Translations under genes and position numbers: made by a program
Notes under the pieces: model-generated
Database searches by the model: none
What the model was told of the DNA's origin: nothing
What the model saw: only the letters and a program-made list of their open reading frames with translations
From: Monocercomonoides exilis PA203
Taxonomy: Eukaryota; Protista; Preaxostyla
DNA: 64,000 nucleotides
NCBI GenBank assembly: GCA_001643675.2
Contig: LSRY02000012.1
Span: 186,001 to 250,000, forward strand
Direction: 5' to 3'
In this document: positions 1 through 13,252 of the stretch, one piece after another
Layout of the letters: each line of letters starts with the position of its first letter
Position numbering within the stretch: position 1 is the stretch's first letter

Positions 1-3000
1 CGAATCCAACGGTTTGCTTGTGACTGCGGATCAATCATCAACGGCCATTTTCTTGTCTTGTTTGTAATAACACCGTTCTGAAGAGACAGCAAGTCTGAGG
101 GAAGACCTTGAATCATCCAATCGCGTGTCTCGACTGCTGAGGACAAGCTGTCTTCCAAGCTGAACATAGGACTTTCTTCTTGTTTAGTTAAAGATTCCGC
201 ATCATCTTCATTGCCCACATATTCCACCGCTTCATCATCTTCATTTTCAGATGCCATTGCTGGCAAGCTCTGCATCTCGCATTCGTAAGTCCATCGTTTG
301 ATGAGCTCCTTCCTTCGTTGTGTGTCAAATGGCCCAATATAAGCAAGGCATGCAGCAGAGATGATTGAACTTCCTAAAATATACACAGAAGAAGCAGAAA
401 GATCCTTCAGTTTTTGCTCCCATCGCTCTCCTTCATCTCCCAGAGCATCCAACAATCGCTCTGCATTCGAAAATCTGTTTTGTGTTTGTGCAATTGCAGC
501 TTCTGTTTGCATCTGCTCTTTCTTCTTTTCATCGAAACGTGCCTCCAACAGATTCAGCGCTTCTTCCAATTCTTTCAATTGCTTTCTCTTCTCATCCAAC
601 TTTGCAGTCAAGTCATCAAGCTTTGCCTGCGCTTCAGCTGCGGCTTGCTTCTTCGGCTCGATGATTTTACTCACACGCGCAAATTCAATGATGGCAACCA
701 CCCAAGCACAGATGTTTGCAGCAGCCTTTGAAACAGCCACCACTTTTTCTGGGTTGAAATCTGGATCATCCAAAAAAGTTGTTTGCATCCGCTTTCCCAT
801 CGCAGCATCAATCTCGTTGATGTCGAAGTTCAGCAGCATCTGCACAAAGTTTGGCTGTGCCAGCAGTGCTCGAGCAGAGTCCCAGTCATTCTTTTTCCCG
901 AACAATGTGCACACTGCAAACATCACCTTCTTCACAGCCTCTGGTGGATTAGCAAATGTACGCACTTCATTCACAGCTGCCTTCGAGAGAGACTCCAGCG
1001 CTTGTGTGGCTGCTTCAAACACGGGCGTAATCTTGTCCAAGTCCTGCTGTGCATCGTCTTTCAGCACTTGTGCTTTCTCCTGCTCTTCCTTCACAACAGC
1101 CTCTTCCTGTCTCACTTTGACTCGCACATCCTCCGTCTTCTCTCTTTCCAGTCCGATTGTCTGCATCAGCTCTGCAATCTGCCCTTTTTGCTTCACAAGC
1201 ATCGGCTCCATCTTCACCAACTCTTCCTGCATCGATGCAACAGACTCCCTCGTCTTCATAAGCGTCTTCAAACCTCCTTCATACTTCCCTTTTATTTCAA
1301 TCAATGAATCTGTCTTCTCCTTCAAAAGTGTGGCAAACAGCCCAACCATCTCCAGAAAGAGTGCAGGCGTTGAGTATATCTTCCTCTTTGTCTGTGCATA
1401 GAAGATGTCTGAGGCTTCTTCTGCTGAAGCATGAATGGTCACAAACACTGAAGCCACTCGCTCATGTAAAGGAGCCAATCCTCTTCGTTTGTGAAGAGGA
1501 ATATATTCTTCTGTTTGTATTGGAATTTCTATCTGAACTGGACGATTGCTTTGTCCACCAACACTTTCCGCTTCGTTCCCGCTGCTGTTGTGTGGAGTGA
1601 GACTGCTGTCATTCCCATTTTCTTTTCCAGCTTTCATTTTCTCTTTCTCTTTTTCTTTTTCTTTCTCAGCATTGACAGCAGCAGCAACAGCCACGGGGTC
1701 TGTTCCAAGAGGCGTATTATTCAGGAATTTCAATGCAACTGACCGAAGTGCTTGCTTAGGCCAGTTGGAGATCCAGTCGATGGTGCAGCAATTCACGAGC
1801 GAAGGGAACATTCTGCAGCGCGTTCTGAATGCGTCTCCCACAGGCGACATGCACAGCACAATGTGAAGTCTGTCGCGCGCTCTGTCCAAAATGCACTTCA
1901 GCGCAGCATCAGGAGAGTCTGGCACTTTGATCGTTTCTCTTCCAGACGCGGCGGCAGATGCAGCAGTCGACCGAAACTTTTTGATAACGGCATCTTTGTT
2001 TTGTGCATCGAACAAGTACGGAATATCGCTTCCACCCAAAATGCAATTGATATCTTCGAGAAATGAGTCGTCCACCAGCTGCGTGTCATTCAGAAGAAAG
2101 ACTGTGCTTTTCCCTTCAACACCTGCAATCGTGTACAGCCTCCTCAGATCTTCGTGAAATTCGTTCTGTCCGTAATGATTCGACGGGGCAATCTCAAAGC
2201 AGACGCAGCGAGAGATGAATGCAGCCAGACGAGTGAGCGATTGCTTTCCGCATCCGCCAACACCAACAAGAAGAGCATGACCTCGTGTGTGGTGCAGAAT
2301 TCTGGTGATTCTCGCAATGTGCTCAATGGCATCTGTGAAGAACACAAGATTTGACTCCTTCATCTTTTTCATGATGCACTCTGAATTGTATTCAGCAAGC
2401 GAGTTTTCCAAAACAGCCTGTGCTTTTTTAATGTCAGTAACTTCTTCATAAGGCCGAGGCGGGTCCTTGTCGATCTCCAGCCAGTCTGCCCACATCTTTG
2501 CACCACCCGAGTCAAACAGCTCTTGATGGCTCCATTGCTGATGGAAGTATTGCTTGGCCAATTCGCAGATGCGCGTTGTGAGGAGTGTGCGATCGTCCTT
2601 GTTGACAAGTCGGTCTGCGAAGATTCTGAGTGACTCGTGGCACCACAGACGCTGAAATGCTGACTCGTCAGCGACTGTCTGCGGGGTGCTGTTTGTTATT
2701 CCCTGAATCACCTGGCTCAAATCTCGCACATTAAACACGTAGTGAGACTTGGATGGCGTTGGGCGCAGTTCACTCAATGCGAAATTGTACAGATCGACAG
2801 TTGCGCGCACAATTGAAGGAACAAGATCTCTTATTGCAGCCACAAACGAATGGTCTTCCATGTGCCTGTCAAGAATCGAAGAGAAAATGCTGAAGAGAGA
2901 TTTTTCAGATGGCTGAGGTACTCTCAACTGTGTGAAGAGTGCAGTCAGTCGCTGGCTCACTGCATTTCTTCCTCCGCCAGGTGGTCCGCATGCAGCGATA

Positions 3001-6000
3001 GTTGTTGTTGCCTTGATAGGTCGAAACTGCAGGAGTGTTCTGTCGTACCATCCACCCGTCCCAAGAAGTTGTCGAATGAGCTCAAGAGGAGGTTGAGACC
3101 CAAATGTGTCTGGAGACGGCATGTTGAAGTCTTCAAGCACAAGAACTGTCAGCGTGCCAGGTGCTGATGAGTAGTGGTCTCGTCTGTTCTGAAGCTTTCC
3201 TTCAATCATCATCTGCGTCCTGTTACTGTTTGTCTGCGCAGTAAATGCGATTGTCACAGGATTCAACTGATTGCGCGATAAGTGTTCGGGAAGCTCTCCA
3301 AAACCTGCTTGAGATGTTATTTTTGCGAGTGTTTTCTTTTTCGATGAAGATTGAGACGAAGATGCCGAAGAAGATGCAGAGTTGCCAATAGAGTTGTCTT
3401 CTCCTTTTTCAATTTCATCGTGTTCATTGGAGTTATCTTTGTCAGAGCTGTCAGTAAACATCCCTTGAATAATAACGCTCTTGCCAACTCCTGTGTCTCC
3501 TGTTATCAATACAGGTTTTCTAATGTCGATGAAAAGTTGTGTCAGGAATGAAAAACGCACAGTGTCGATTGTTGGCACAAGAAGAGAGAAAAACGGTGTG
3601 TCTTTTGGGGCAGAAAAGGCAGGAATGTTCCAATTGCAAAGTGTTTTCTGTGCAAAATCGAGTGAAATGTCGAAAACCGAATCAACCGATGGAATCATCA
3701 CTCCTTCGATCGTTTTGCGCACAAGCTCGTCAAATGCATCGCGCGATGCTTCCACAAGCGACCCTCCGACACCCCAAACAGCAGCAAACAAGAACACACA
3801 CCGGATCCACGCTTCCCAATCTGTGCGTACACGAGATGTGTTTGATTGGGAGCTGTCTGTCAATTCAAGTAGATTGGAGATGGAAGGCGGGCGAGACAGC
3901 AGTCCAGGCGAAAAGTCGTTGCTTGGTGTAAGGATAGCCTCCATCAGCCGTGTGACATTTGTCACTTTTGTGATGACTGGCTGCACAATGTCTTCTTTCA
4001 GTTTGGCTACTCCGTCAAGAAGTGCAGGCATCCACTGCTCAAACAGCGAAATGACATACTCCTTCAACCGCGTTGTCCACACGTTGCTTGGCAGAGCACC
4101 TGCCCAACTTCGCACCAGCGCTATCCACGGCAGCCCCAAGGGATCGATGTAAATCATACCGCAACGAGAAACAGTGGCAGGAGACGCAACATCCAAATTC
4201 TCCACCTCAAATAGAAGTGAAATGGTGGATGTGAGCTTGATACGCTTTCTATTTGGCAAGCAGAGTATTTTTGAGTCATCCAGCACAGTGTTCAGTGATT
4301 CAACCCAGAGTGTGTCAACAGGTCCATCAAAGATAATCCATTTTTGTCTCGGTGTGTCATCCATCACAGCTCCAGTCACAAAATATGAAAGCAAACCTTC
4401 TTTCCACTCCTGTGTGAGCTCACTGAAGCATCCAAACATCTCATCCACCGAAATAGACTTCGGGTTCATTTGCTTCTGAATGATCGTCTGAAAGTGCGGG
4501 TTGGCGCTGTTGCTCTCTTCCCTTAGACGAGTTAGTGCCTCTGCCAGAATGTCTCTGCAGACTGTCTTTCCGCCTCGTGTCGGCCCAACAAGCATCACAC
4601 CATGTCGCACACAAAACGTGTCAAAGAGCTCCATTGTCTTGTGGAACTGGTTGCTGAGCGGCTGAAGGCCTCGCTCTTCGCACACAATCCGCAGCATGTT
4701 CAGCAGCTCGCCGTCGCTTCTCTGTGGAATCAGGGCATCGGGAAATAGATCTCCCACTATCGCCTCAAAGAGCGGAATATCCTCAGCCAGAAACTTTGGC
4801 AGGTTGCTCTCTCTCATCGCTCGTATCAGAACAATGTCTTCGGGAAGGTCAGTGTTTTCTCTCCGCAGTTTTCCTGCCATCACCAAAACGGATTTGACTG
4901 CCCTCATACCAAAATCGTAGTGCTTTTGCTGTGAAAGCTGCTCAGATGACAGACGGTACAGCAACGTCATCTTTCGAGACAAAGGCTTGGCTGAGCGGAA
5001 TCCCTCTGAAAACAGCATAATCTCTGCAATAAGTGCATAATCGGGAATCATCATTGACACAGGGCGGAAGAGGGACTTCAAGTTATCTGGCAGTTCTGTT
5101 CTGCCTGCATATCCAGGGTTCATTGTGATGAAGATTGCACAATTCTTATTGAGGGGAATCTTCGTCCCTTGGAACATGAACGTCAATGAATGAGCTTGTT
5201 GCGCACTCTGAATTTCTCTGATCTGCTGTGCAACGACAGACAGCACCTCAATGTCGATTCTGTTGAACTCATCAAAGCAGAACCACGCACCTGCCTGGCA
5301 CATCCCCGAGAACATCTGTGCCATCGTGCTGACATTCAGCCCATCTGAACAGTTGAACACAACACACTGCCTCGCCACTGCCTTTGACAGATCTTTGCAT
5401 GTCTCTGTCTTTCCTGTCCCAGCAGGCCCAGCAGGTGCTCCACCCAATTTGAGATGGAGTGCAGATGTCAATGTGATGTAGCACTGGTCAGTAAGAGGAG
5501 TGATTACCAGCCGAGATGTGCATCCAAGATATTCATAACCATATTTGAATGATGATGTTGTTTGTCTGATGACGCAGTCGTCTTCCTTCGCGTCCCAATA
5601 ATATCTCAGCCTCTTCTGCCAGTCGAAGTCACTCGCAGACGATACACCATCTCTGATCAGCTCTTCAACAATATCTCGCGCATGCACTTCAACAACAATC
5701 AACGCCCCAACACTTGTCCTCTGCTGCGGATTCAGCTTTCCTCTCGCCAAATCTGTTAGCAGCTCGAGCGTTGTCTCGCACTTCTCCATCATCTTCGCCA
5801 GCTGCTCGGCAGGCTTTTCAGAATTCAGAGCCTGCTCAACTTGTGATGCCCACAAAATCTGCGAGCCAGCAATGACAATCTGCGCCTTGTTGTTCAGAAT
5901 CCACTGCTGTCGTGGGTTTGTTGCGACTCCAGCGGAAGCAAATGGGGAAGAGAGACGTGATGCTGCAGCAGTCGATGCGATTGAAAAGAGCTTCTTCACT

Positions 6001-9000
6001 CCTGCTTTGAGCAGCAAGTGGAGGCTAACCATCATCGCATTCTCCACCATCTTCATCCACACTTCGACTGCTTTCCCGCGGGGAATCACTTTCGAGTCAC
6101 CAAAAGGCACCATTTCGCCTTCTGCTGATATCATCGCTGTCATTTCGAGCTTTCTGGTGTCGTCTGATGAAAGTTCCAGTGAATTGATGTTGTCAAACAG
6201 CTTGTTCAGATAAGGCATCACTTTAGCTGGGTTCTTCCCTTCTTTCAATATCTCCAGCAAATCATCATCAGGAAGAAAGAAGAACCTTCCAAAGGCAGTC
6301 CTCTTTGTGTTGAGGAGGCCGTTCAATGCAACATGGATGTGATCTAATGTGGTGTTGTGCTGGCGGAAGATTCCTTCGAGCCCCGGCTGCTGTGTCGCTC
6401 TCAGCGCATTCGGGAATTCGTGTGCACGGCGCATGAAGTCCTTCCAGAATCTGTCGCATTCCTGGAATTTCTTCGCATAGTCCTTCAGAAGCTCGTCGCT
6501 CTGGAAGACAGGCTCCAATGCCAGCCACTTCTGCTGGAAGAGCAGCCACTGGTCAAGCACACACGAGAACGTGGTGAGCCTCGATGCCCAGAACTCGAGC
6601 TGTTCGCGAATGGGGTTGGAGTGCTGCGAGCCCTTTATGGTCTCCAGCTGCACCTGCGCATCGTCGAACTCTCTGAGCAGCTCGTCCACTTCGACCAGAA
6701 GATAGTTCTCGTTCCGGAACGGCTTCGTCTTCACTTCGAGGTTCGTCCACTTGTCGATGATTTTGTGCAGCATCTCCGTCAGCACAGCCTCCTGCGATGC
6801 ATCGTCGCTGATCGAAGCCAGCTCTGCTTTCTTCTCCACCGCTCCTATTCCAAGCACCCACCCCAGCGTGAAGTTCTCCTCCCACGCGCTCATCTGTGGA
6901 GTCAGCGTGTCTCTTATCTTCATCCAGTGATGTGGCTTCAGATCTTCGTTCTTCAGTGCCTCTATGATTGGCAAAATAGAACCAAATGTAGTGACAAGCA
7001 TCCTCAGATGATGGCTCACAGCATTTGGAGGAAGATCTCTGTCCAGCTGCGCGCACACTTTGAGCGCCTGGGCATAATGCACCCTCACGTTATCTTTGTC
7101 GAGCTCTGCAAGAGCTGTCTCGTTCACCCGATCGACATAATCCTTCCACTCGCACAGGCTGTTCCACAGCATCACTTTCCCTTTGATCTCCTTTTCGACT
7201 TCCTCCAGTTCTTGCCAGTCGTCTTCAGACGCGCCAAACAGCCGCCGGAACGACTGGCACCGATCGGTCTCTGCTCTGATTCTGTTTGCCTCGCCATTCA
7301 GCCTTCCGACCTCTGCCAGCATCGCCTCTGCTTCTTCTGGGTGCAGCAGCAGACTCGGCTCTGTTGCAGCGTTTCTGAGTGTCTTGATCTGCTGCTGTAT
7401 TTCTTTGACCTGCTGCGTCAGCTCCAAGTTGAACTTGTGCGTCTGCTCTTCCAGCGTGCCTTCTGTCAGCATGAGTGCGCTGGACAGCTGAGTCATGCTG
7501 TTCTCCATCAGCTGCAGATTCGCCTGGTCTTCACTGCTGATCTCGATGCCATTGTCTCTGATTGTCTGGTAGAATGCCTCGACCAGATCGAACTTGTGGC
7601 GGAGGGTGCCTTGCTCAGCCTGGATCTCTGCCACACGCGCAAGATACTCTGCAAACTCCTCCACGTTGACAGGCTTCGAGGTAAGCACAAGATGCGCACT
7701 CCGAATCTCCGTTGACGTTTTTGTGCGCTTTCTCGAAGAGATCTCAGGAAGCAGCTTCGTCAGGATGTTGATGGATGTCTTCGCCGATTCGCTCACAACC
7801 TGCTTGAGCCTCGGCACAACCACTCGAAAGGCTCCTTCGTCAAACGTCTCCGGAAGCATTTCAGAGTCGCTCAGCTGCGCGCGGTGTGTGTCCATAGCCT
7901 CCGAGTACCACGTCGTGGGAGGGTCCTTCTGCTCTATCTCCAGCGCATCCAAAGACGTGTTGTAGAGGAGCATCTTCAAAAACGGGCGGAAGTGTGTCGC
8001 CAGCGCCACCACGCGCTTGAAGCAGGAGATGTGGAGATTGTCGATGTCCAGTTTCAGCTTTGAATAGAGCACATCGTTTTGAAGCCGTTCGTTCAATATC
8101 TCTTCTGTGGACGTTACTTCCCCGTCTCCCGCATCTCCACCGTCGCTGCCACTATCATCGTCTTCTTCTCCGTTTTTGTCCTTCGCAGAAAACGAGGTGT
8201 ATGTTTTGAATGCCCCACTCACAAGATACTGCTGGTGGATCAACACATCTTCTATCATCTGCGCAAGCTCGTTCTTGATGATGATGTCGAACTGATCGCC
8301 GTCTGTGACAAGTTCCAACTTTCCGTTTTCGATCGTCAATTCTGTCTGGAACAGAGGAGGAAGAATCTTCACTTGACTCTCACTTCCGCTCTCTTTCCCT
8401 GTGTCATTTGAGTTTTGTAGCTGTGATGAAGAAGAATAGAAGCCAAGTGACTCAAGCATCTCTGCTTCGTTCTGCACTGATCCGTCTGCCTCGCTGTAAA
8501 TCTGTTCGCTCTCTCTGCTTTCGCCAGACGGCGATATCATTCTGTCTCTCCTGCTTCTTTCGTCCCAATCAAAGTTTTGGCCAGCTTCTGCCGTTGGAGA
8601 TTTCAGAGCACGTTTTCTGTTCTTCTTTCCGCTTGCTTCTCTCTGATACGACCGTGCTGCTTCTGTCAGAGCGGCTTTCGCTGCCTGCTGCGCCTTCACT
8701 TCGTCCAACGCAGGTGTCACAGGCAGAATTGAAGGAGGCCGATTGGCGCGCTTCCTCAGAACAGACAGAAGATCTGCTGTGCCTTGCACAACGAGATGGT
8801 GCTGGAGATCAAGCATAATCTGGTCAACCATCCGGATAAACGACACAAGGCGACGATATTCCAGCCTCTTCGCAGCCAGTTTTGTGTAGCTGGTTGGCTC
8901 ACCTTTGGATGCAGCAGCTTTCATTGCCCTCAACGCTGCAGGTGATATCTGAAGTGAGGGAGTTGCTGGGTTGGTTGTCCCGAGTGGAGGAAGCCGTCCG

Positions 9001-10784
9001 TTCATGCTGCCAACAGACGGAGGCCTGCTGTTTGTGAGAGTCGCCAGCAGCGCAGTGGATGCAGGAGTCATCGGCAGCGGTGTTGATGAGCCAGACATGC
9101 TTCCTTGCATCAAGCTACGGAAACCCGGCTGTGGAGGGGGCTTTCCCTCACGCATGGCAAGAAGCACGTTCCCAGCTCCTTCGCCGCTGCCCATCGAAAA
9201 CGGAGACAGGAGTGGTGAGCTTCCAGCTGTCGAGGCAAGAGCTGGGCTCAGCATTGCTCTGCTGTTCGAGCGGGTGACCATCTCCTGCCGAGTGTCGCTG
9301 ATGACTGCATCGATGGCCACTGTGCTGTCGAAGAAGCCCTTTTCCTCAAGCACTTTTTGGCAGGCTGCTCGTATGAGATTCTCCACTTCTGTCTCCAAAC
9401 TCAGAAACGACGTACGGAACTCGTCGCTGTGCTGCTGCATCTGCAGTACAAACTCATCTGCTCGGTAGGTCTTCTTGTCATCGACAATAAAAAGATGGTT
9501 GTTGCGTTTGAATGCGTTGCATGCTGCCATGATGTTGAAGAGAGCATTGTGCAGTGGCGAAGAGACAATGAAGTGCATCTTTTTGAGTTGGCTGTGTGCT
9601 CGCATCATCCTTCTTCTCCGTGCAAACGAAGCCCATTCGCAAAAGCAGCGCATGCGACGATACGATGCAAACAATGGAATGGCAGAAATTGTACAAAACA
9701 ACTCTCTCTCCCTCAGCCACTCCGAGACTGTGGAATGTTCTGATGAATCCCCAAAATAATGTGTGATTCCAGTCGAAGACGCTGTGAAGAAAGTATCAGA
9801 TTCTAATGAATTGTATGGAACTATCTCTAACTCATATGGATTATAAGTATCAAAGTTACAGCCTGCAACACGACAATACACAAAGTCGGTCGAACCATCT
9901 GTTGAGTTTGCATCAAAAGACTTGCGTTTCGTGGCAGAAGCTGATAGCCTGATATCTGGGAGATTACTAAGAAAGTAAAGAACGGATTTACTTGGAGGAA
10001 GTGGATTAGCCAGTGAAAGATGTTGTGGAGTGGGTGTAATGAAAGGAGCAAGCTCATAGGAATCTTCCTTTGATTGATAAGATGAACGTGAAGTGGAAGC
10101 TGTAATCGCTTGACTAAGAGAGTCAACCGAACGTCTCATTTGACTTGATTTTTTTTGAGATTGATTGCTTAATGGAAGAAGATGTTGAGATTCAAAGGTT
10201 TGTGATGAAGAAACAGAAGGTGAAAAGCTTTCCAATCGAGATTTAGGACGAAGTGAAGGTGACATAGAGCGGCGAAGTGTTTGTGACGTGCGAAGTGTAT
10301 TTCTATTCGATTGAAGTGATCCTCTCATCCAAGGGCTGCTTGGTAAAGCAAGAGGGCGTTTTGAAACAGGTGCGATGAAAGCTGGTGAAGTGGGAAATGC
10401 GTCAGATTCCGTGAAAGTATTAAAAGAAGGTAAGTGTACATTTGCTCCATCTTTTTGATTTGTTGAAGATGTTGTACTTTCACGTCTTTTTGTCGAAGAT
10501 GTATTTGATTTAATAAACGTTGAATTTTGAGTATCCTGTAAAGTAATTTCATGTTTATGTGAGGAAAAAATAAATTGAAAATATCACACTTGGTAATTTT
10601 TGTCCTTTGGAATGAATGAACATCCAAAACTGGAAATAGTAGATTGGAATGAAGTTTGAGGGCTTACTGGGGTATACAGCCTTTGTGCCAGTATTTCAGG
10701 ATTGAGAATTTTTTGTTCTCGTAATCTATCTTCGATTGTTCGCTTTTTGCGCCTTCTATCAATTGCTACATTCAACTGACTCAT
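1..10784 (-). CDS. Axonemal dynein heavy chain, DNAH6-like inner-arm type (partial; 3' end beyond window). Exon 1 10784-10590, intron 10589-10536, exon 2 10535-<1
   Basis: Minus-strand translation shows AAA1 YGYEYLG...GPAGTGKTET...CFDEFNRID...FITMNPGYAGRTELPDNLK...HYDFGMRAVKSVL (~4880-5545), AAA2 GVMLVGPTRGGKT (~4570), AAA3 GDTGVGKS (~3490), AAA4 ALLVGVGGCGKQS (~2250), the stalk coiled coil and WPLMIDPQSQANRWI at the left edge. The motifs at 20 and 5420 are in the same frame as the exon-2 start at 10535. The N-terminal YNPYELEIV...EWLRERELF and KRLEYRRLVSFIRMVD segments resemble the DNAH6 tail. 54-nt phase-0 GT..AG intron. Confidence 0.95.
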
Positions 10785-10984
10785 TAAAATTGATAAAAAG
10801 TGGGATGAGTAAAAAACGACTAATTTTATTTTTTAAGAAAAAGACAATGTATTATAACATATATATAACAAAACAAAACATTTTAATTTAAAATAAGGAA
10901 AAATTGCTAATCCTTTGGAAGATTTTTCGCAAAAACAGTATATTTATTTAATTTTTCTATTTTGAGGAATTGCAGAAAAATTTT

Positions 10985-13252
10985 TCATCCTTTCTTCACA
11001 ACCTTGCTGCATTTTGATTGCTTGTATTTTTTCCTTCGCAAAACTTCTTTATCTGCCATTTTTCGTAGTATCACCCGAACAGGTTTTGTGCGCATGCCTT
11101 CATCTCTCCATCGGTTAATCTTCAAACAGTCAATCATTGCTGGAAGTGCCTCTTCTGCGACTATCGCAGCGAGCAGCCAGCACAGCCCTCTCTGCAGCAG
11201 CTGCTTGTCTGACGGTCCGTCCTGCTCTCCCGTTCGCTTTCTCCACTCGTCTCTCACCAGCCGCGCTGTCTCTTCCCTCAGCCCTCTCCACCGCGGCACA
11301 TCCCAACTTCTCATCCTTTTGTTCTCCGTTTGAAGTCTTTCAGGCGCCCATCGTCTTCTCATCGGCGTGTCTCGTGTTGTTATGCGCAGCGAGCTCCGCA
11401 GCCGGCAGATGTCTCTTCTGATGTGGATGCGCCCCCTGTGGATGAACAGCGGGCGTGCCGAGTAGTGTGTGTAGAAGACAGGCCTGTGCGGACATCCGAT
11501 GTACTGCGACGGCTGCAGGTGGCGGTCCAGCGCAAGAGAAGGGGCGCCAATGAGCGAAGTAGAAGACGCCTGCGCCCGCCGCTCTTTTTCCTTCTTTTTG
11601 TCTTCGATTTTGTGGTGCACCCTCAGCCACTGCGCGATGTGCCTCGTCAGAATGTACGGCTCTGCGTAGGAGTGCAGAAGCGTCTGCCCTTTCAAGCCGT
11701 GCAGCATCTCCGCCGACTGAGTGATCATCCTCGACGTAAAGGCCACAGAGCCATACGCAATCGGCGGGGCGACGTTGCAGTACTCGCTCGGCTTGAAGTA
11801 GGTGTTGGCTGGAATGTGCTCAGGATCCGAAAAGCAGTCCGGGTCCAGCTCTTCTGGCTCGAAGAACTGCGTCGTCGCAGACTCCTTCTGGTTCAGCACG
11901 CTTTCGTCTCTGATCCCCTCTGCCCTCATCTTTGCCTTCCGCAGCTTCTGCCGCAGCTGCGCCGCTTCCTCTTCCCGCTCGGCGTTGGAATATTCAGAGT
12001 CTGACCCGCTTTCCTTCGAAGACGAGTCAGAGAAAAAGTCGTCGTATTGAAGCTTAATCTGTCTGCGCTTCCGCCTTCTCGCAACCTTCGCTTTCAGTGC
12101 TTCTTGCGCTCTAATCTCTGCGAGCCTTTGCAGCTCCTTTTCTCTTTCTTTCTCTTTCTCCCTTTCTTTTTCTCTTTCTAACTGGCGCTGCTTCTCCAGT
12201 TCTTTTTCTTTAGCTTTCTGCGCCTTCTTCTCTTTCTTCTTCTGCTTTTTCTTTTGCTTCTTTCTCTTCTTCTTCTCCTTCTTCTCTTTCTTCCGCAGCT
12301 TTTCCTTCTCTGCCTCGTCCATCTGCTCCCACTGCTTAGCTCTCAAAATATCGAGCTCCCGCTGCTTCTGCCTCTGTCTCTCTAATTCCTGCTGCCTCAG
12401 CTTCTCCTGCCGCTGCTTTTCTCTGTCCGCCTCGCTCATCATCTCAATCTCTATCTCTTTGATAAGCTTCTTTTCCATTTCAGCCAGCTTCTTCTTTTCC
12501 ACTTCAATCAGCCGCAGACGCTCAATCTCCATCTGCCTCAGACGCTCCACTTCGATGTACTGCAGCCTCCTCCTCTCTGCCGCTTTGATCATCGCCTCTA
12601 GCCTTCGCTCTTCCCACAATGGCGCTTCTTCATCGGGCTTTTCTTGTCCCCTTTCTTTTTCTTTCTGCCGCATCTTCTTCCGGTCATTCACTTTCACTTT
12701 TTCTCTTTCAATTTCAACTTGTTTGACTTTCTCGTAATCAACCATCTTTTCGATTTCTCCTTCAATTGCTTTTAACTTTTCTGTTGTCATCCTTTGTTGC
12801 CGATTAATCTCTTCGCTTCGCAATTGCATCTGTTGCTTTATCAATTCAATTTGTCTTGAAGCTATTGCTTTTTCATCTTCCACTTCTGCAGCTTCGACTT
12901 CTTCGCTATTTTTCTTTTTAATTGCACTTCTTTGTTTCGCTTCAGCATTACTGTCAGTGATTTGCTTTTCTTGAGAATCTGCAAGCCCTTTCATTCTTCT
13001 CTCTTCTTCTTCACAAAATCTTGTTTCCTCTTTTTGCCTTGCTTCTTCTTCTCTGCGATGAATTTCTTCCTTTCTCATTTCTTCCTCAATTCTCCTTTCT
13101 TCTTCTCTTTGGCGCATTTGTTCTTCCTGTCGAATTTTATCAGCTTCTCTCTGACTTTCAAGTTCTACGTGTCTCACGAGTTCAATTTTTTGTGATCTAG
13201 TTTCCTCTGATATCATCATCATTGCAGATTTTTCTAGAATTTTTCCATACAC
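10985..13252 (-). CDS. Hypothetical E/K/R-rich coiled-coil protein (~755+ aa; the true 5' end is probably a short upstream exon, ATG candidate at 13438)
   Basis: Long ORF with charged coiled-coil composition, a K-rich tract and a more complex C-terminus. The frame stays open upstream to a poly-T/AG acceptor at ~13311. No recognisable family. Confidence 0.7.
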   Translation of the reverse strand: MYGKILEKSAMMMISEETRSQKIELVRHVELESQREADKIRQEEQMRQREEERRIEEEMRKEEIHRREEEARQKEETRFCEEEERRMKGLADSQEKQITDSNAEAKQRSAIKKKNSEEVEAAEVEDEKAIASRQIELIKQQMQLRSEEINRQQRMTTEKLKAIEGEIEKMVDYEKVKQVEIEREKVKVNDRKKMRQKEKERGQEKPDEEAPLWEERRLEAMIKAAERRRLQYIEVERLRQMEIERLRLIEVEKKKLAEMEKKLIKEIEIEMMSEADREKQRQEKLRQQELERQRQKQRELDILRAKQWEQMDEAEKEKLRKKEKKEKKKRKKQKKKQKKKEKKAQKAKEKELEKQRQLEREKEREKEKEREKELQRLAEIRAQEALKAKVARRRKRRQIKLQYDDFFSDSSSKESGSDSEYSNAEREEEAAQLRQKLRKAKMRAEGIRDESVLNQKESATTQFFEPEELDPDCFSDPEHIPANTYFKPSEYCNVAPPIAYGSVAFTSRMITQSAEMLHGLKGQTLLHSYAEPYILTRHIAQWLRVHHKIEDKKKEKERRAQASSTSLIGAPSLALDRHLQPSQYIGCPHRPVFYTHYSARPLFIHRGRIHIRRDICRLRSSLRITTRDTPMRRRWAPERLQTENKRMRSWDVPRWRGLREETARLVRDEWRKRTGEQDGPSDKQLLQRGLCWLLAAIVAEEALPAMIDCLKINRWRDEGMRTKPVRVILRKMADKEVLRRKKYKQSKCSKVVKKG

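Noticed and set aside
361-9759. Long plus-strand ORFs (e.g. 361-1401, 3481-4152, 6357-7715)
   Set aside because: They are antisense shadows of the GC-rich dynein exon and show no recognisable motifs.
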